From the IMG/VR virus record IMGVR_UViG_3300012979_000031, positions 30,807 to 94,806 of that record: a DNA stretch of 64,000 bases. One strand, given 5' to 3'. This document shows, one piece after another, positions 9,976 through 19,400 of the stretch. Under the pieces are notes generated by a model. That model was not told where the DNA came from, made no database searches, and saw nothing but the letters and a program-made list of their open reading frames with translations. The position numbers and the translations under genes are program-made. Origin of the DNA: a virus (Duplodnaviria > Caudoviricetes). Position 1 is the first letter of the stretch, and the number at the start of each line of letters is the position of its first letter.

Positions 9976-10390
9976 TAATACAATACTGAGGCAAAAACAA
10001 TATATATCTCTCCCCTCTTTTTCTTTCCCTAAGCCAAATTTAGTAAGTAATATAGGAGAGTCTGTATCAAGTAACATTTACGCTATGAGACAGAATGTAG
10101 CAGATGCGGCACTTGGAAGAACAGGCTTAAGACTTAAATTAAAACCGACTCAAGTTCAAGCAGCAGAAAGTATGTTAGTTAATAATACAGGACAAGCAGC
10201 GTTAAATGCAGGTGAAAAATTTGCTTATAAACTTGGAGGAGATTCTTTACAAAATACCTATAATAATACAATTAAACCTATGGCTAATAGTACTGGGTTG
10301 AATAATGTTAGTATAAGAGGTGTAGGAAACTCTATGATTGGTATTGGAGGTTCGAGTGGAGATGAAATGATAGGAAACTTTTTAATGTAG
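9972..10390 (+). pseudogene. KxF-motif family gene disrupted near its start by an apparent 5-bp duplication (AATAC x2)
   Basis: ATGATAATACAATACTGAGGCAAAAACAATAT; removing one AATAC gives MIILRQKQY in frame with ORF 10085..10390. Confidence 0.6.
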
Positions 10391-10397
10391 TATATAG

Positions 10398-10434
10398 AAA
10401 GAGAGGGATTTTATAACCTTCTCTTTTTATTTTT
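10398..10434 (+). terminator. Rho-independent terminator
   Basis: AAAGAGAGGG...CCTTCTCTTT hairpin plus T run. Confidence 0.7.
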
Positions 10435-10467
10435 CTCTTACCCCGATTGATTTAGGAAAAATAATAG

Positions 10468-10484
10468 CTTGAACCTTATTTATG
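10468..10484 (+). promoter_or_regulatory. Putative promoter box CTTATnnnTG
   Basis: CTTGAACCTTATTTATG between a terminator and the ATG at 10506. Confidence 0.5.
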
Positions 10485-10505
10485 ATATAATATTAATGAA
10501 ACTCT

Positions 10506-11090
10506 ATGATTATATTAAGAAATAAGATGTTTGTCAGCCTAGATAATATATGGAATGATAAAAAAGCACCAAAAAGGACTTTTATCAATAAACTAAAGCT
10601 GACTGCAAAGAATGGACTGAATAACTTAGGGGTAGCGAAAAAGAAAATTTTTAATCCGACCAAGCCCCTAACCCTAGAAGATAAAAGAGGAATTATAAAG
10701 GAAACTAATTCAAGTCTAGACTATATAAAGAATCTTGGAACTAAACCTACAGAAACTCTTGCAAAATCTGGAGCTAGTATTGTAAAAGAAACTTTAGAGT
10801 CTCCTATTCAAAATTCTATAACAAAAGGAGTAGGATCCATTGGCGTTATAACTACTGGAAATCCTTTAGCTTATAGTCCAGGAGCAGAAACTGTAGTAAA
10901 AGAGACAATAAACGGAGTTCCAGTACTAAAGAAAACAATAGGAGCTGTAGATAATGTGGTAGGTTCTAAGAAATTGGCTAGTAAGATAAATCCAGAGGCA
11001 ATAGGTAAAGCTGCTTCTGTTGTTGATAATACTGCTAAAACTGGAATAAAAGGTGGACTTAATTTAGTAAAGAGAATTTTTAAACGATAA
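10506..11090 (+). CDS. Basic amphipathic protein, KxF motif family
   Basis: 194 aa, starts MIILRNKMF; Lys-rich. Confidence 0.75.
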   Translation: MIILRNKMFVSLDNIWNDKKAPKRTFINKLKLTAKNGLNNLGVAKKKIFNPTKPLTLEDKRGIIKETNSSLDYIKNLGTKPTETLAKSGASIVKETLESPIQNSITKGVGSIGVITTGNPLAYSPGAETVVKETINGVPVLKKTIGAVDNVVGSKKLASKINPEAIGKAASVVDNTAKTGIKGGLNLVKRIFKR

Positions 11091-11097
11091 GAAGTAC

Positions 11098-12369
11098 ATG
11101 GGAAAGAGTTATAGAATAAAAAGAAAAAATTTTACAATACCTGAAGGACATTTTACAGGACAGAAAGATATGGAAGAAATACCTAGTCTGTTAAGTAATG
11201 TAGGAAAAGGAGTTATGTATGGATCAGGTATTGGTGCAGGTGTTGGAGCTATAGTCGGACACTTTAATAATGATTCTACTACACTAGGCGGAGCTATAGA
11301 TGGCAGTATACAGGGAGCTAAAGTTGGTCTTGCCTCCGGTGTTATGTTAAAGTTCTTCCAAAATTATATGCACAAGCCAATGAAATCTATAAAGTTCCAA
11401 GAAGTAGATCGAGGAATTCGTAGACAGTTTGGTATGTATAGAGTTTCTGGATTATCGGTAGGAGATTCTATTGATAACCGAATGACTATGGATGAAAAAT
11501 TTAGCTTCAATGATAGAAATGTAGCTGACTATAAGATTAATATTGCTATTCAAAATGACAGTGTTACTATGTATACTTTCGGAATGGATAATAAAGAGCT
11601 TGACTTGTGTTCTAGTATTCTTGATTTCTATGCACAAAAGTATTTCGGAGTTAACTATAGTTCTAAGCTAATAAATAAAACAGTTAATTCTTACAGTATA
11701 GATATTACTTTTACAAACTATAATGTAATTACTAACTTTATCATGGAACTTTCTCAGAGATTGCAGACTAAGATTAACTTGATGAATGAGAAAGCTATTA
11801 TTCCAGGGAGACTTAGTGATGCAGCGTCTAGTATAGGAGGAGACCAGAAAAATTTTAGTATACCCGAGCTATCAAAAAGTGATGTAGCCAAGATACTCGG
11901 GAAAACAGGACAACATATAATAAGTGAGTCTAAGGGTGGCTGCGGATGGAGAAAACTAGGAACTGCTGCATTTATAGGTCTGATTTCTAATACACTAGAG
12001 AAGATAACTAGCATAGAATCAGCGAAGTACGGATTAAAAAAGCCTAGAAGTGAATATGGTAACTCATTCCTTGGAAAAGAGCTAAAGAAACTACATTACG
12101 TCGAGAATACATCATATACAGTTGGAGATGTTGAGGCTTCTGATAATATTGCACTAGTTAATGGAAGATTTATAGTTACTACATACACTGGAAGCGAGAA
12201 TCAGAAGAAAATAGATGAATGTTTCTATAATCCATATCAAATGAAAATTAATAAGAGTAACACAGGAGGAGCTACAGTCTATTCTTATGTTATAGATTCT
12301 ATTAGCGAATTCGAACTCTTGATTAATAAGCTATTCTCAACTAAAATAAAATTTAACGTATTTATATGA
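11098..12369 (+). CDS. Two-unit glycine-zipper protein, KxF motif family
   Basis: Starts MGKSYRIKRKNFT; internal QKNFS at the junction of two paralogous halves. Confidence 0.8.
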   Translation: MGKSYRIKRKNFTIPEGHFTGQKDMEEIPSLLSNVGKGVMYGSGIGAGVGAIVGHFNNDSTTLGGAIDGSIQGAKVGLASGVMLKFFQNYMHKPMKSIKFQEVDRGIRRQFGMYRVSGLSVGDSIDNRMTMDEKFSFNDRNVADYKINIAIQNDSVTMYTFGMDNKELDLCSSILDFYAQKYFGVNYSSKLINKTVNSYSIDITFTNYNVITNFIMELSQRLQTKINLMNEKAIIPGRLSDAASSIGGDQKNFSIPELSKSDVAKILGKTGQHIISESKGGCGWRKLGTAAFIGLISNTLEKITSIESAKYGLKKPRSEYGNSFLGKELKKLHYVENTSYTVGDVEASDNIALVNGRFIVTTYTGSENQKKIDECFYNPYQMKINKSNTGGATVYSYVIDSISEFELLINKLFSTKIKFNVFI

Positions 12370-12707
12370 TTATTCTTAGAAATAATAAAAATAATAGTCC
12401 ATTTGAGAAGAAACTTGAAGGACAGAAAATTCTAGATTATGAAATATCTGAAGAAATTCCAAAAAATAATATAAGTGTAACCAAAGACTTAGGGAATTTC
12501 AAAGTATTTTTTCCAATCGATTATGAATTTGACCAATATGAAATTTCAGATACTATCAGATTGTCTCAGCCTGATGTAAGGACGAATGCAGAGCAAGAGT
12601 ATGATATTATTACTCTATCTACTAATAAGCCAATCAAAGAGACTACATTCTTTAAAGTTCTGAAAAAGATTATTGAAATTGAAGGATTTGTTACAATAAT
12701 TGAATAA
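12366..12707 (+). CDS. Hypothetical protein, partial motif
   Basis: 113 aa, starts MIILRNNK. Confidence 0.7.
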   Translation: MIILRNNKNNSPFEKKLEGQKILDYEISEEIPKNNISVTKDLGNFKVFFPIDYEFDQYEISDTIRLSQPDVRTNAEQEYDIITLSTNKPIKETTFFKVLKKIIEIEGFVTIIE

Positions 12708-12712
12708 GGTAT

Positions 12713-13150
12713 ATGTCAGCAGAAAATATGGCCTCTAAAACACTAGATAAGGCTAATCAACTCTATACTATCGGTGCTAAGAATATAAAGTTCTTGAAAA
12801 CAGTTAAGGGTACTGATTTTGTTGTTTTACGTCCAAAGGATAACAGTAAATGGAAAAATGTCTTTGGAGGTTCGTATTCTTCCGACAGTACTCTAGAAAA
12901 TGATTATGAACAGTTTACAACTACGCTAATTCTCGAACTAAGTGATATGAGAGACGTCTGGAATAGAAACCGTGATATTATTCAAACTATTACAGATGAC
13001 GACTCTCTTCAGGTTGGTGATGAACTTCAGTATACAAGAGATAAAATAACCTATAGATTTAAAATTATTCAGAAAAGCTCATTCTCTGAAGCAGCTAAAG
13101 TTATTTTCCAGTATACACTTTCTAGCATAGTTGAAACACTTGATGAATAA
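12713..13150 (+). CDS. Putative head closure / neck protein
   Basis: 145 aa beta-rich with LQVGDELQY...YRFKI, a pattern typical of head-tail joining proteins. Confidence 0.45.
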   Translation: MSAENMASKTLDKANQLYTIGAKNIKFLKTVKGTDFVVLRPKDNSKWKNVFGGSYSSDSTLENDYEQFTTTLILELSDMRDVWNRNRDIIQTITDDDSLQVGDELQYTRDKITYRFKIIQKSSFSEAAKVIFQYTLSSIVETLDE

Positions 13151-13155
13151 TAACT

Positions 13156-16100
13156 ATGGCAGACATTTTAAAACAAAATAAAATTCCAGGGAGGGAACAA
13201 TTAACTAGACCGTCTGAAATTAGTGCTCTGTCTAAGTATCTTGGAAATATAAAGAAAATACAAGACGAACATACTAAGCTAGATGATAGAATCCTAGAAG
13301 TAAAAGGTCGTGGTGATAAAGCTTATTTTCCAGAACTTAATTCCCTTGATGATTCAGTAGAAATTCTAGAAAATACAGGATCTGCAATTTTACTTGATGA
13401 TTCTAGGACTTCAATCCCTGGTAATATTCAAGATAAAATAAAGCTAAATGAAACCGTAATAAAAAACAATATCCCTAATCTTATCGAGGGTTTGGATGAT
13501 AGAGTTTCATTAGCCCCAGGAGAAATACCAGAACTTAATTCCCTTGATAACACAGTAATAAAAAATGAGGGTGACTTAAAGAAACTAGAAACCCTTGATG
13601 ACTCTGTTACTAAGATACATGTTGAAAATAAAGTTACTGGCCTAGATAATACAGTAATAAAACAACACCCAGAGAATACTATTAAAGAACTTGATGACTC
13701 TGTAGAAAATCTAGAAGTAAAAAATTTAATAAGCAAACTGGATAATTCTGTTCCCGGACTCAATGTTAATTCTAAGGTACAGTCATTACGAGATTCTGTA
13801 GAAAAACTAGAAGTACAAGAGAAAGTTTCCGGATTAGAGAAAGAAGTTGTTAAGGGAAATTTTGAGAATAAGGCAGAGGAGTTAAATAATAAGGTTGAGA
13901 GAATTCAGGTTGATGATAATATTGACCTAGATAATACCGTAGAAAATCTTTATATTGAAAATCCTATAGAAAGCTTGGGGGATATAGTTATTAAGAGATC
14001 TAGTAACTTTAACTCCGACATTGATAGCTTGGAGAATACAGTTATAAAGAGGTCTAGTAACTTTAACTCTGACGTTGATAGCTTGGAGAATACGGTTATA
14101 AAGAGGTCTAGTAATTTTAACTTTGATATTGAAGGCCTAGATTCTAGTATTTCTAAGTTAAGTGTCCAGGAACCTATTGATGATCTTGATAATTCTATAA
14201 AAAAGCTAGAAGTCAATGGAACAGTAGATAGCCTAGAGAAATTTAGAATAGAACTAGAAAATACTCCACAAATTACTGAGCTTAATAATGATATAGACAG
14301 TCTTGATATTGATGGAAAGATAGATAAGATTATTGAAGGGCTTAGAGGTGATGATGATGTTTCAGAATTAGAGGTTGTTTCCAAAGTAGATGAATTAATT
14401 ACTAAGATTCTGAGACTACCAATGGATAAAAAGTTTTCAGAAGCTAAGAAGGCGCTAATAGATGCAGAACGTGAAGGACAACCTATAGATAAAGCTTTTA
14501 ATATTGTCATGAAGATGTTGGACGACTACAGAGATAATAGTAGTTCTCCTTGGGTTGTAGATAAAATTAAAAGTATTCTAACCGATGCAATCTTTAGTTC
14601 ACCAATAGATAGACCTTTCTCCGGTTATGATTCAACTACAAGAGAGAGATATTCAGTACTTATAAAGAAACTGGAGGAAGCAGTAAATATAGCTGAAGTA
14701 TCTTTATGGGAATCTTCTGGAACACGAAATAGAATTAGTCAGGTAGGAGAATTTAAGAAAACTAGAAAAAGAGACGAAGATGATATTGAGATAGTTCCTT
14801 CTTATACATTACCTAATCACAGACTTCCAAAGATAGGCAAAGATTCAACTGTTAATAGTGTACTTTCAGATTTAACGTCGGGAAGCTTATCTGTTAATGG
14901 AATGGATTATGCTCGCTTTAGTATTGAGAAAGGTTTGAAGGATGTAAGAGGTAGTTTAAAGATGCACATACTAAAAGAATCTCTACGTGCAGTTAATTAT
15001 CTTAGAGACCTCGGTGAACGTACTCTTGGAATTAACCCGGGTAGACTTCCTGGAACACCTGTAGATGATTCTTCCGTAACTAGTGTAGCAAGATCTATTG
15101 TAAAAACTTTAAAGAATACAACAGTTCTTCTCAATGATACTAACGCTCTTCATTCAAAACTTAGAAACTCAATAATATCAATAGTAGACCTCTCATTGTC
15201 GAAGAATAGACCAAAGACTGTTACTACTAAGAGTGGAAAAGTTGAGAAAGTACCTACTAAGAATTATCAAGCGGCTAATAATAGAAAAAGAAAAATAGAT
15301 AATGATAGCCTAGCAATAACATATAAACTACTATCTAATATAAAGTCTGATTTTGATCCAACATTACAGTCAGTAGAAATAGTAGATAGCGATTATATAA
15401 ATTTTGCTAGAAACTATATGTACTCTGAGGGAATTCAAACTACTTTAATGGATCTTTGTAATATAAGTAGTAGTGATATCCCATCAAGTTTTGAAGAGCT
15501 ACAAAAAATACTTAGAGAAAGTCCGTATATAACAACCCCAGGTAAATTTGGCAATACTAGTTATAGCGAAAATAGAGCACAGACACTTGCAGTTACTAAT
15601 TATTGGGAAATCTTACTAGAGCCTTTTGTTAACAATGAGATGAATGGAGGCTTTAGTTATTTACCAGCAATTCAAGAGATCAACCTAATAAACCAGAAGA
15701 AACATGGAGTGAATACAGGTTATAATGCTTGGATACCTTTTACTGGTTTTGATATGACTCTTAGTAAATTAAATACAAAGTCTGTCGGGTTGTATGATGG
15801 AGAAATAGTTTATCCAATATCTTCAGAATTAACAAATGAACTAAGGATAACTATTGCAGATGATATTTATAAGTCATGGAATTGGTACTTTAAAACAGTT
15901 TCCGATGTTTCTGTTTATAGTTCAGTACCTCACAATAAATATTACTATACCGGACAATCACTAAAATACCCTATTGCTCCAACGTATGTAGATAAAACTT
16001 GTCCTTGTGTAGCTTTATATAAGAACATTACATTTAGGATTAGAATATTTATCATGACACCTCAATACTCTACTATAAAATCTTTTGATCTACTTTGTGT

Positions 16101-16416
16101 ATTGAAAGATTGGACAGAGAATTATGTTGGAGATGTTGATACAGGTGGAAGTGGTGATATTAATTTGTCATTTAGTGTTGTAGGTGAGAATCCAGATAAA
16201 TATGTTCCACCAGTTAACTTAATAGAGGTGACAAGCAGAGGTCTAGGTAATTCAGAAGATAGACCAGAGGATGATATAGCTACTGAAAAAGATGTAAATT
16301 TAGTAGAAGTAGACTCTAGAGAAAGTGCTTACCTACAAAACGATAAAAGAGTACCTGAGAATACCATTACAGGACCTTCAACCTTAGAGGGAACTGATGG
16401 AGTAATAGAATTATAA
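13156..16416 (+). CDS. Large virion protein with N-terminal acidic repeats and a C-terminal tail-tube-like domain
   Basis: 1086 aa; ~17-18 aa LDD/NSV/TV repeats; C-terminal ELRITIADD..WNWYF..INLSFSV resembles tube/tube-initiator folds. Confidence 0.55.
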   Translation: MADILKQNKIPGREQLTRPSEISALSKYLGNIKKIQDEHTKLDDRILEVKGRGDKAYFPELNSLDDSVEILENTGSAILLDDSRTSIPGNIQDKIKLNETVIKNNIPNLIEGLDDRVSLAPGEIPELNSLDNTVIKNEGDLKKLETLDDSVTKIHVENKVTGLDNTVIKQHPENTIKELDDSVENLEVKNLISKLDNSVPGLNVNSKVQSLRDSVEKLEVQEKVSGLEKEVVKGNFENKAEELNNKVERIQVDDNIDLDNTVENLYIENPIESLGDIVIKRSSNFNSDIDSLENTVIKRSSNFNSDVDSLENTVIKRSSNFNFDIEGLDSSISKLSVQEPIDDLDNSIKKLEVNGTVDSLEKFRIELENTPQITELNNDIDSLDIDGKIDKIIEGLRGDDDVSELEVVSKVDELITKILRLPMDKKFSEAKKALIDAEREGQPIDKAFNIVMKMLDDYRDNSSSPWVVDKIKSILTDAIFSSPIDRPFSGYDSTTRERYSVLIKKLEEAVNIAEVSLWESSGTRNRISQVGEFKKTRKRDEDDIEIVPSYTLPNHRLPKIGKDSTVNSVLSDLTSGSLSVNGMDYARFSIEKGLKDVRGSLKMHILKESLRAVNYLRDLGERTLGINPGRLPGTPVDDSSVTSVARSIVKTLKNTTVLLNDTNALHSKLRNSIISIVDLSLSKNRPKTVTTKSGKVEKVPTKNYQAANNRKRKIDNDSLAITYKLLSNIKSDFDPTLQSVEIVDSDYINFARNYMYSEGIQTTLMDLCNISSSDIPSSFEELQKILRESPYITTPGKFGNTSYSENRAQTLAVTNYWEILLEPFVNNEMNGGFSYLPAIQEINLINQKKHGVNTGYNAWIPFTGFDMTLSKLNTKSVGLYDGEIVYPISSELTNELRITIADDIYKSWNWYFKTVSDVSVYSSVPHNKYYYTGQSLKYPIAPTYVDKTCPCVALYKNITFRIRIFIMTPQYSTIKSFDLLCVLKDWTENYVGDVDTGGSGDINLSFSVVGENPDKYVPPVNLIEVTSRGLGNSEDRPEDDIATEKDVNLVEVDSRESAYLQNDKRVPENTITGPSTLEGTDGVIEL
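13987..14140 (+). repeat. 54-bp tandem repeat (~3 copies) encoding VIKRSSNFNSD(I/V)DSLENT
   Basis: Units begin at 13987, 14041 and 14095. Confidence 0.9.
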
Positions 16417-16427
16417 AATATAGAGAA

Positions 16428-19400
16428 ATGTTTATAAGATTAGGAAATACAAAAATAAACTATCGAGATGCAAAGCCTGAAAAGTATATGTTGTTTGCTG
16501 AGGTAGTTAATTCTCCACTATCTTATGAAACTCCAATTCTAGTTAATAGTATATCAGAGCTTAATGCATTATTCTCTAAAGATTTCGATGATTATATTTA
16601 CCTGAAGAGATTACTAGAGACTTACGGGAATATTGGACTTTACTTATTTAAACCATTTTCCCCTCATAAATCTCAAAGTGTACTAGAGAGTGATGAGTAC
16701 CTAGATTATAGCGGGTTTACAAAGATTAAGCCTTATGATATATTCGTCCCAGATAAAAGTTATATAGGTTACTTTGAAGAATGGAAATCAAATCCAGACT
16801 TAGTTATTGAGGTATTTATAGATGAAAATGACCTGGGAAAAGGAATTTCTTATAAAAAGCTTGTAGGAGATTCTTGGGTAACAGTAGATAAACCAAGCGC
16901 TGGATTAATTTTCAAAGGTGAACCAATAGTAGATAAAAAATTAAGCGAATTCAAAACCCTTCGTGATTCTGATGAGGTATGTATAGTACTAGGAGAGGAT
17001 GTTTGGGTATATTGCGAGGGTTTTGGGTTTGTCTTAGAGTCTGAATTACCACAAAACTTAGCTGGTATAAAAGATTCTGAGTCACTTGATAATAGAAGCA
17101 CAATTTTTATTCCAAGTACTCCAGAGATAGATTACATTCACCCTGAGTATAGAACTGGTAAAGGTTTAGGTGTATATTCTTTTTCAGATCTCCCCGATAT
17201 TCCGAGAACTAGTATAAATCCGGAAAGAATTAGAGAAGGTTATGAAACTCTAGCATTAAGATTACATGTTTCAGAGGAGCTTAGTTCTGATAATAATAGC
17301 GTATTTAGTTTCCTTAGAATTGGAGATAATGGAACTCGTGTAACTTATTCATTCAGTACATCACTCAAACCTGCCGGAATATCAGAGAATGAAACTTTTA
17401 TCACTCTCGGTTCTACTACAAACTTGATAGAAGAGGTTGAAAACTACTTTGCTGGAAATCAATACATAACTACATTCAGAGATAATTCAGACCTAATTTT
17501 ATGTGGTAGACTGGTTGATCTTGGTTATAATACTTTCAATGGATTAAGCTTAGAGCCAGATTATACTATTACACAGTCCATCATATATAAATCATGTGAG
17601 AATATCCCAGGAATTCAAGCTTGGAGTAAAACTATTGGTGGAACTTCAGAACTAGATGATGATGGAGTAATTAAAGTTCAGATAGAGCATGTTGAGAATT
17701 ATGAATATCTTATTATAATTTCTAGATATGACTATACAGAAACTTTTCAGGGTAGTATAAAAAATATAACAGGCTTAGATAGACTTGATTATATAGTTAG
17801 TAAAAATTCTAAACTACTTTACCTCAAACTCACTGGAAACTTGGAAGAAATAAAAACTGGCGAATTCTACTTATCTAGAGGAACCTACTTAAAAGATTAT
17901 CATAGAGAAGATTGGATGAATTCTCTGAAGATAATGTTTAATGAAAATTCTAGTAAAAATGTAAGAGCTGATTTTCTTCTTATTCCTAATATTCAAAACT
18001 ACGTACCAAAGACTATAGATAAAAATTACAACTATTACAAGGAGTATGAAACTATCTTAAAGTATTGTAGAGCAAATTGTATTCAGGCTTTAATTCAAAA
18101 TAGTCCTAGTGAGAATAGGTTCATAGAGATTAGTGAAGATCCTGAATCAGTTAATTTCGAAAAGGGAACTATATACTATGTCCCTGGAGAAAATGTAGAT
18201 GATTACTTGAACGAGTATAATGAGCTTTCTGTAGATACTGGAATACACTTAAGATATAATGAGAAAATTCAAGAGTGTAGTTATAATGGTAGTACAGTAA
18301 GGTCCGTAGTATTTTCAGAGAATTGTTCAGGTCAGGAAGTAACTTACGTCGAACCGATTACCTTAGATGCTAGTAATGAATCTTGGTGTACTGTAAATCA
18401 AAAAACTGGAGCTGTAACATTTAAGGAGAATAAAGGAGATATAAGAGCAGTTATTATTACAGCCAGCTATATTAAAGACGGCGTTACCTGGAAATATGAT
18501 CATTTTGCAGTTCAGAAAGGAAAGACTGGCGGAAATAACCTAGACTTGGAACAGGAATTCGTTTATACTATACAAAAATCTAATGGTGGTGTAGCTAGAT
18601 TACGTCCTTTTAATATTCCTGGGGTAGGTCAAGCTAGTTCTAGTAATCTTGTTTATTGTGGTATTGAAGGAAATAAGCCTGAGTGGTGTGAAATTGACTC
18701 TAAGGGAAATGTAACTTTCTCTGAGAATCAAGATGAATATCCAAGATCAGTACTAGTTAAGGCAAGATGGAAAGTAGGAGAGGAATATTACGATTGGATA
18801 ACTATAGCAACTCAATGGGGAACAAGAGGTGAGACAGGCAAGTATCCACGTTTATCGGGAGTTTCTTCTTGTTATATACCTATTTCTAGTACAGGAGGAT
18901 CAGATACACCAAGAAACGGATGGACATTCTACAGCTCTCAATATAATTATTCTTCAGTTGATAGGAAAACTATGACCTTTGAATTAGCTAGTAATGTATC
19001 TAATCCTGGGTGGAAAGATTTCTTTAAAGATGGATATATATTACAGTTTAGAAATTTATCCAAGTATCAGCAGGTTATTAGAGTTCCAAAGAGAGATACT
19101 ACAACGCTAGGTAATGACTGTTTGATTCAGGAGTACGTAGTAAGTCCAGGGAAATCAATAGTATTAAAAGTAAGTCACCCAGAGAGAAAAATATTCGAGT
19201 GGGAAAAAATTCAAGTAAATAGTGGATATTGGATTTTAGGAGAGAATGGAGAACTAGAAAAGGTACACGATACAGCGACGATAGATACAGCAGTTAGTGG
19301 AGGAGATTTTATCTACAACTATATAAAGGATAATTCTAGCTGGTTACTATATTTCTATGGCTCTATTTATACGAGAACCTATGGAATAAAATATCCTGGT

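Noticed and set aside
138-12707. KxF tag as a Sec, lipoprotein or type IV prepilin signal
   Set aside because: No consistent hydrophobic h-region directly after the basic residues, no lipobox Cys, and no G|F-x3-E prepilin pattern
13987-14140. Tandem repeats as a CRISPR array
   Set aside because: The 54-bp units are contiguous, in frame and have no unique spacers; no cas genes are present
13428-14510. Minus-strand ORFs 13428..13763 and 13950..14510, and similar short antisense or off-frame ORFs elsewhere in the track
   Set aside because: They are shadows of long genes on the other strand or frame, with Ser/Leu/Phe-rich composition and no independent signals
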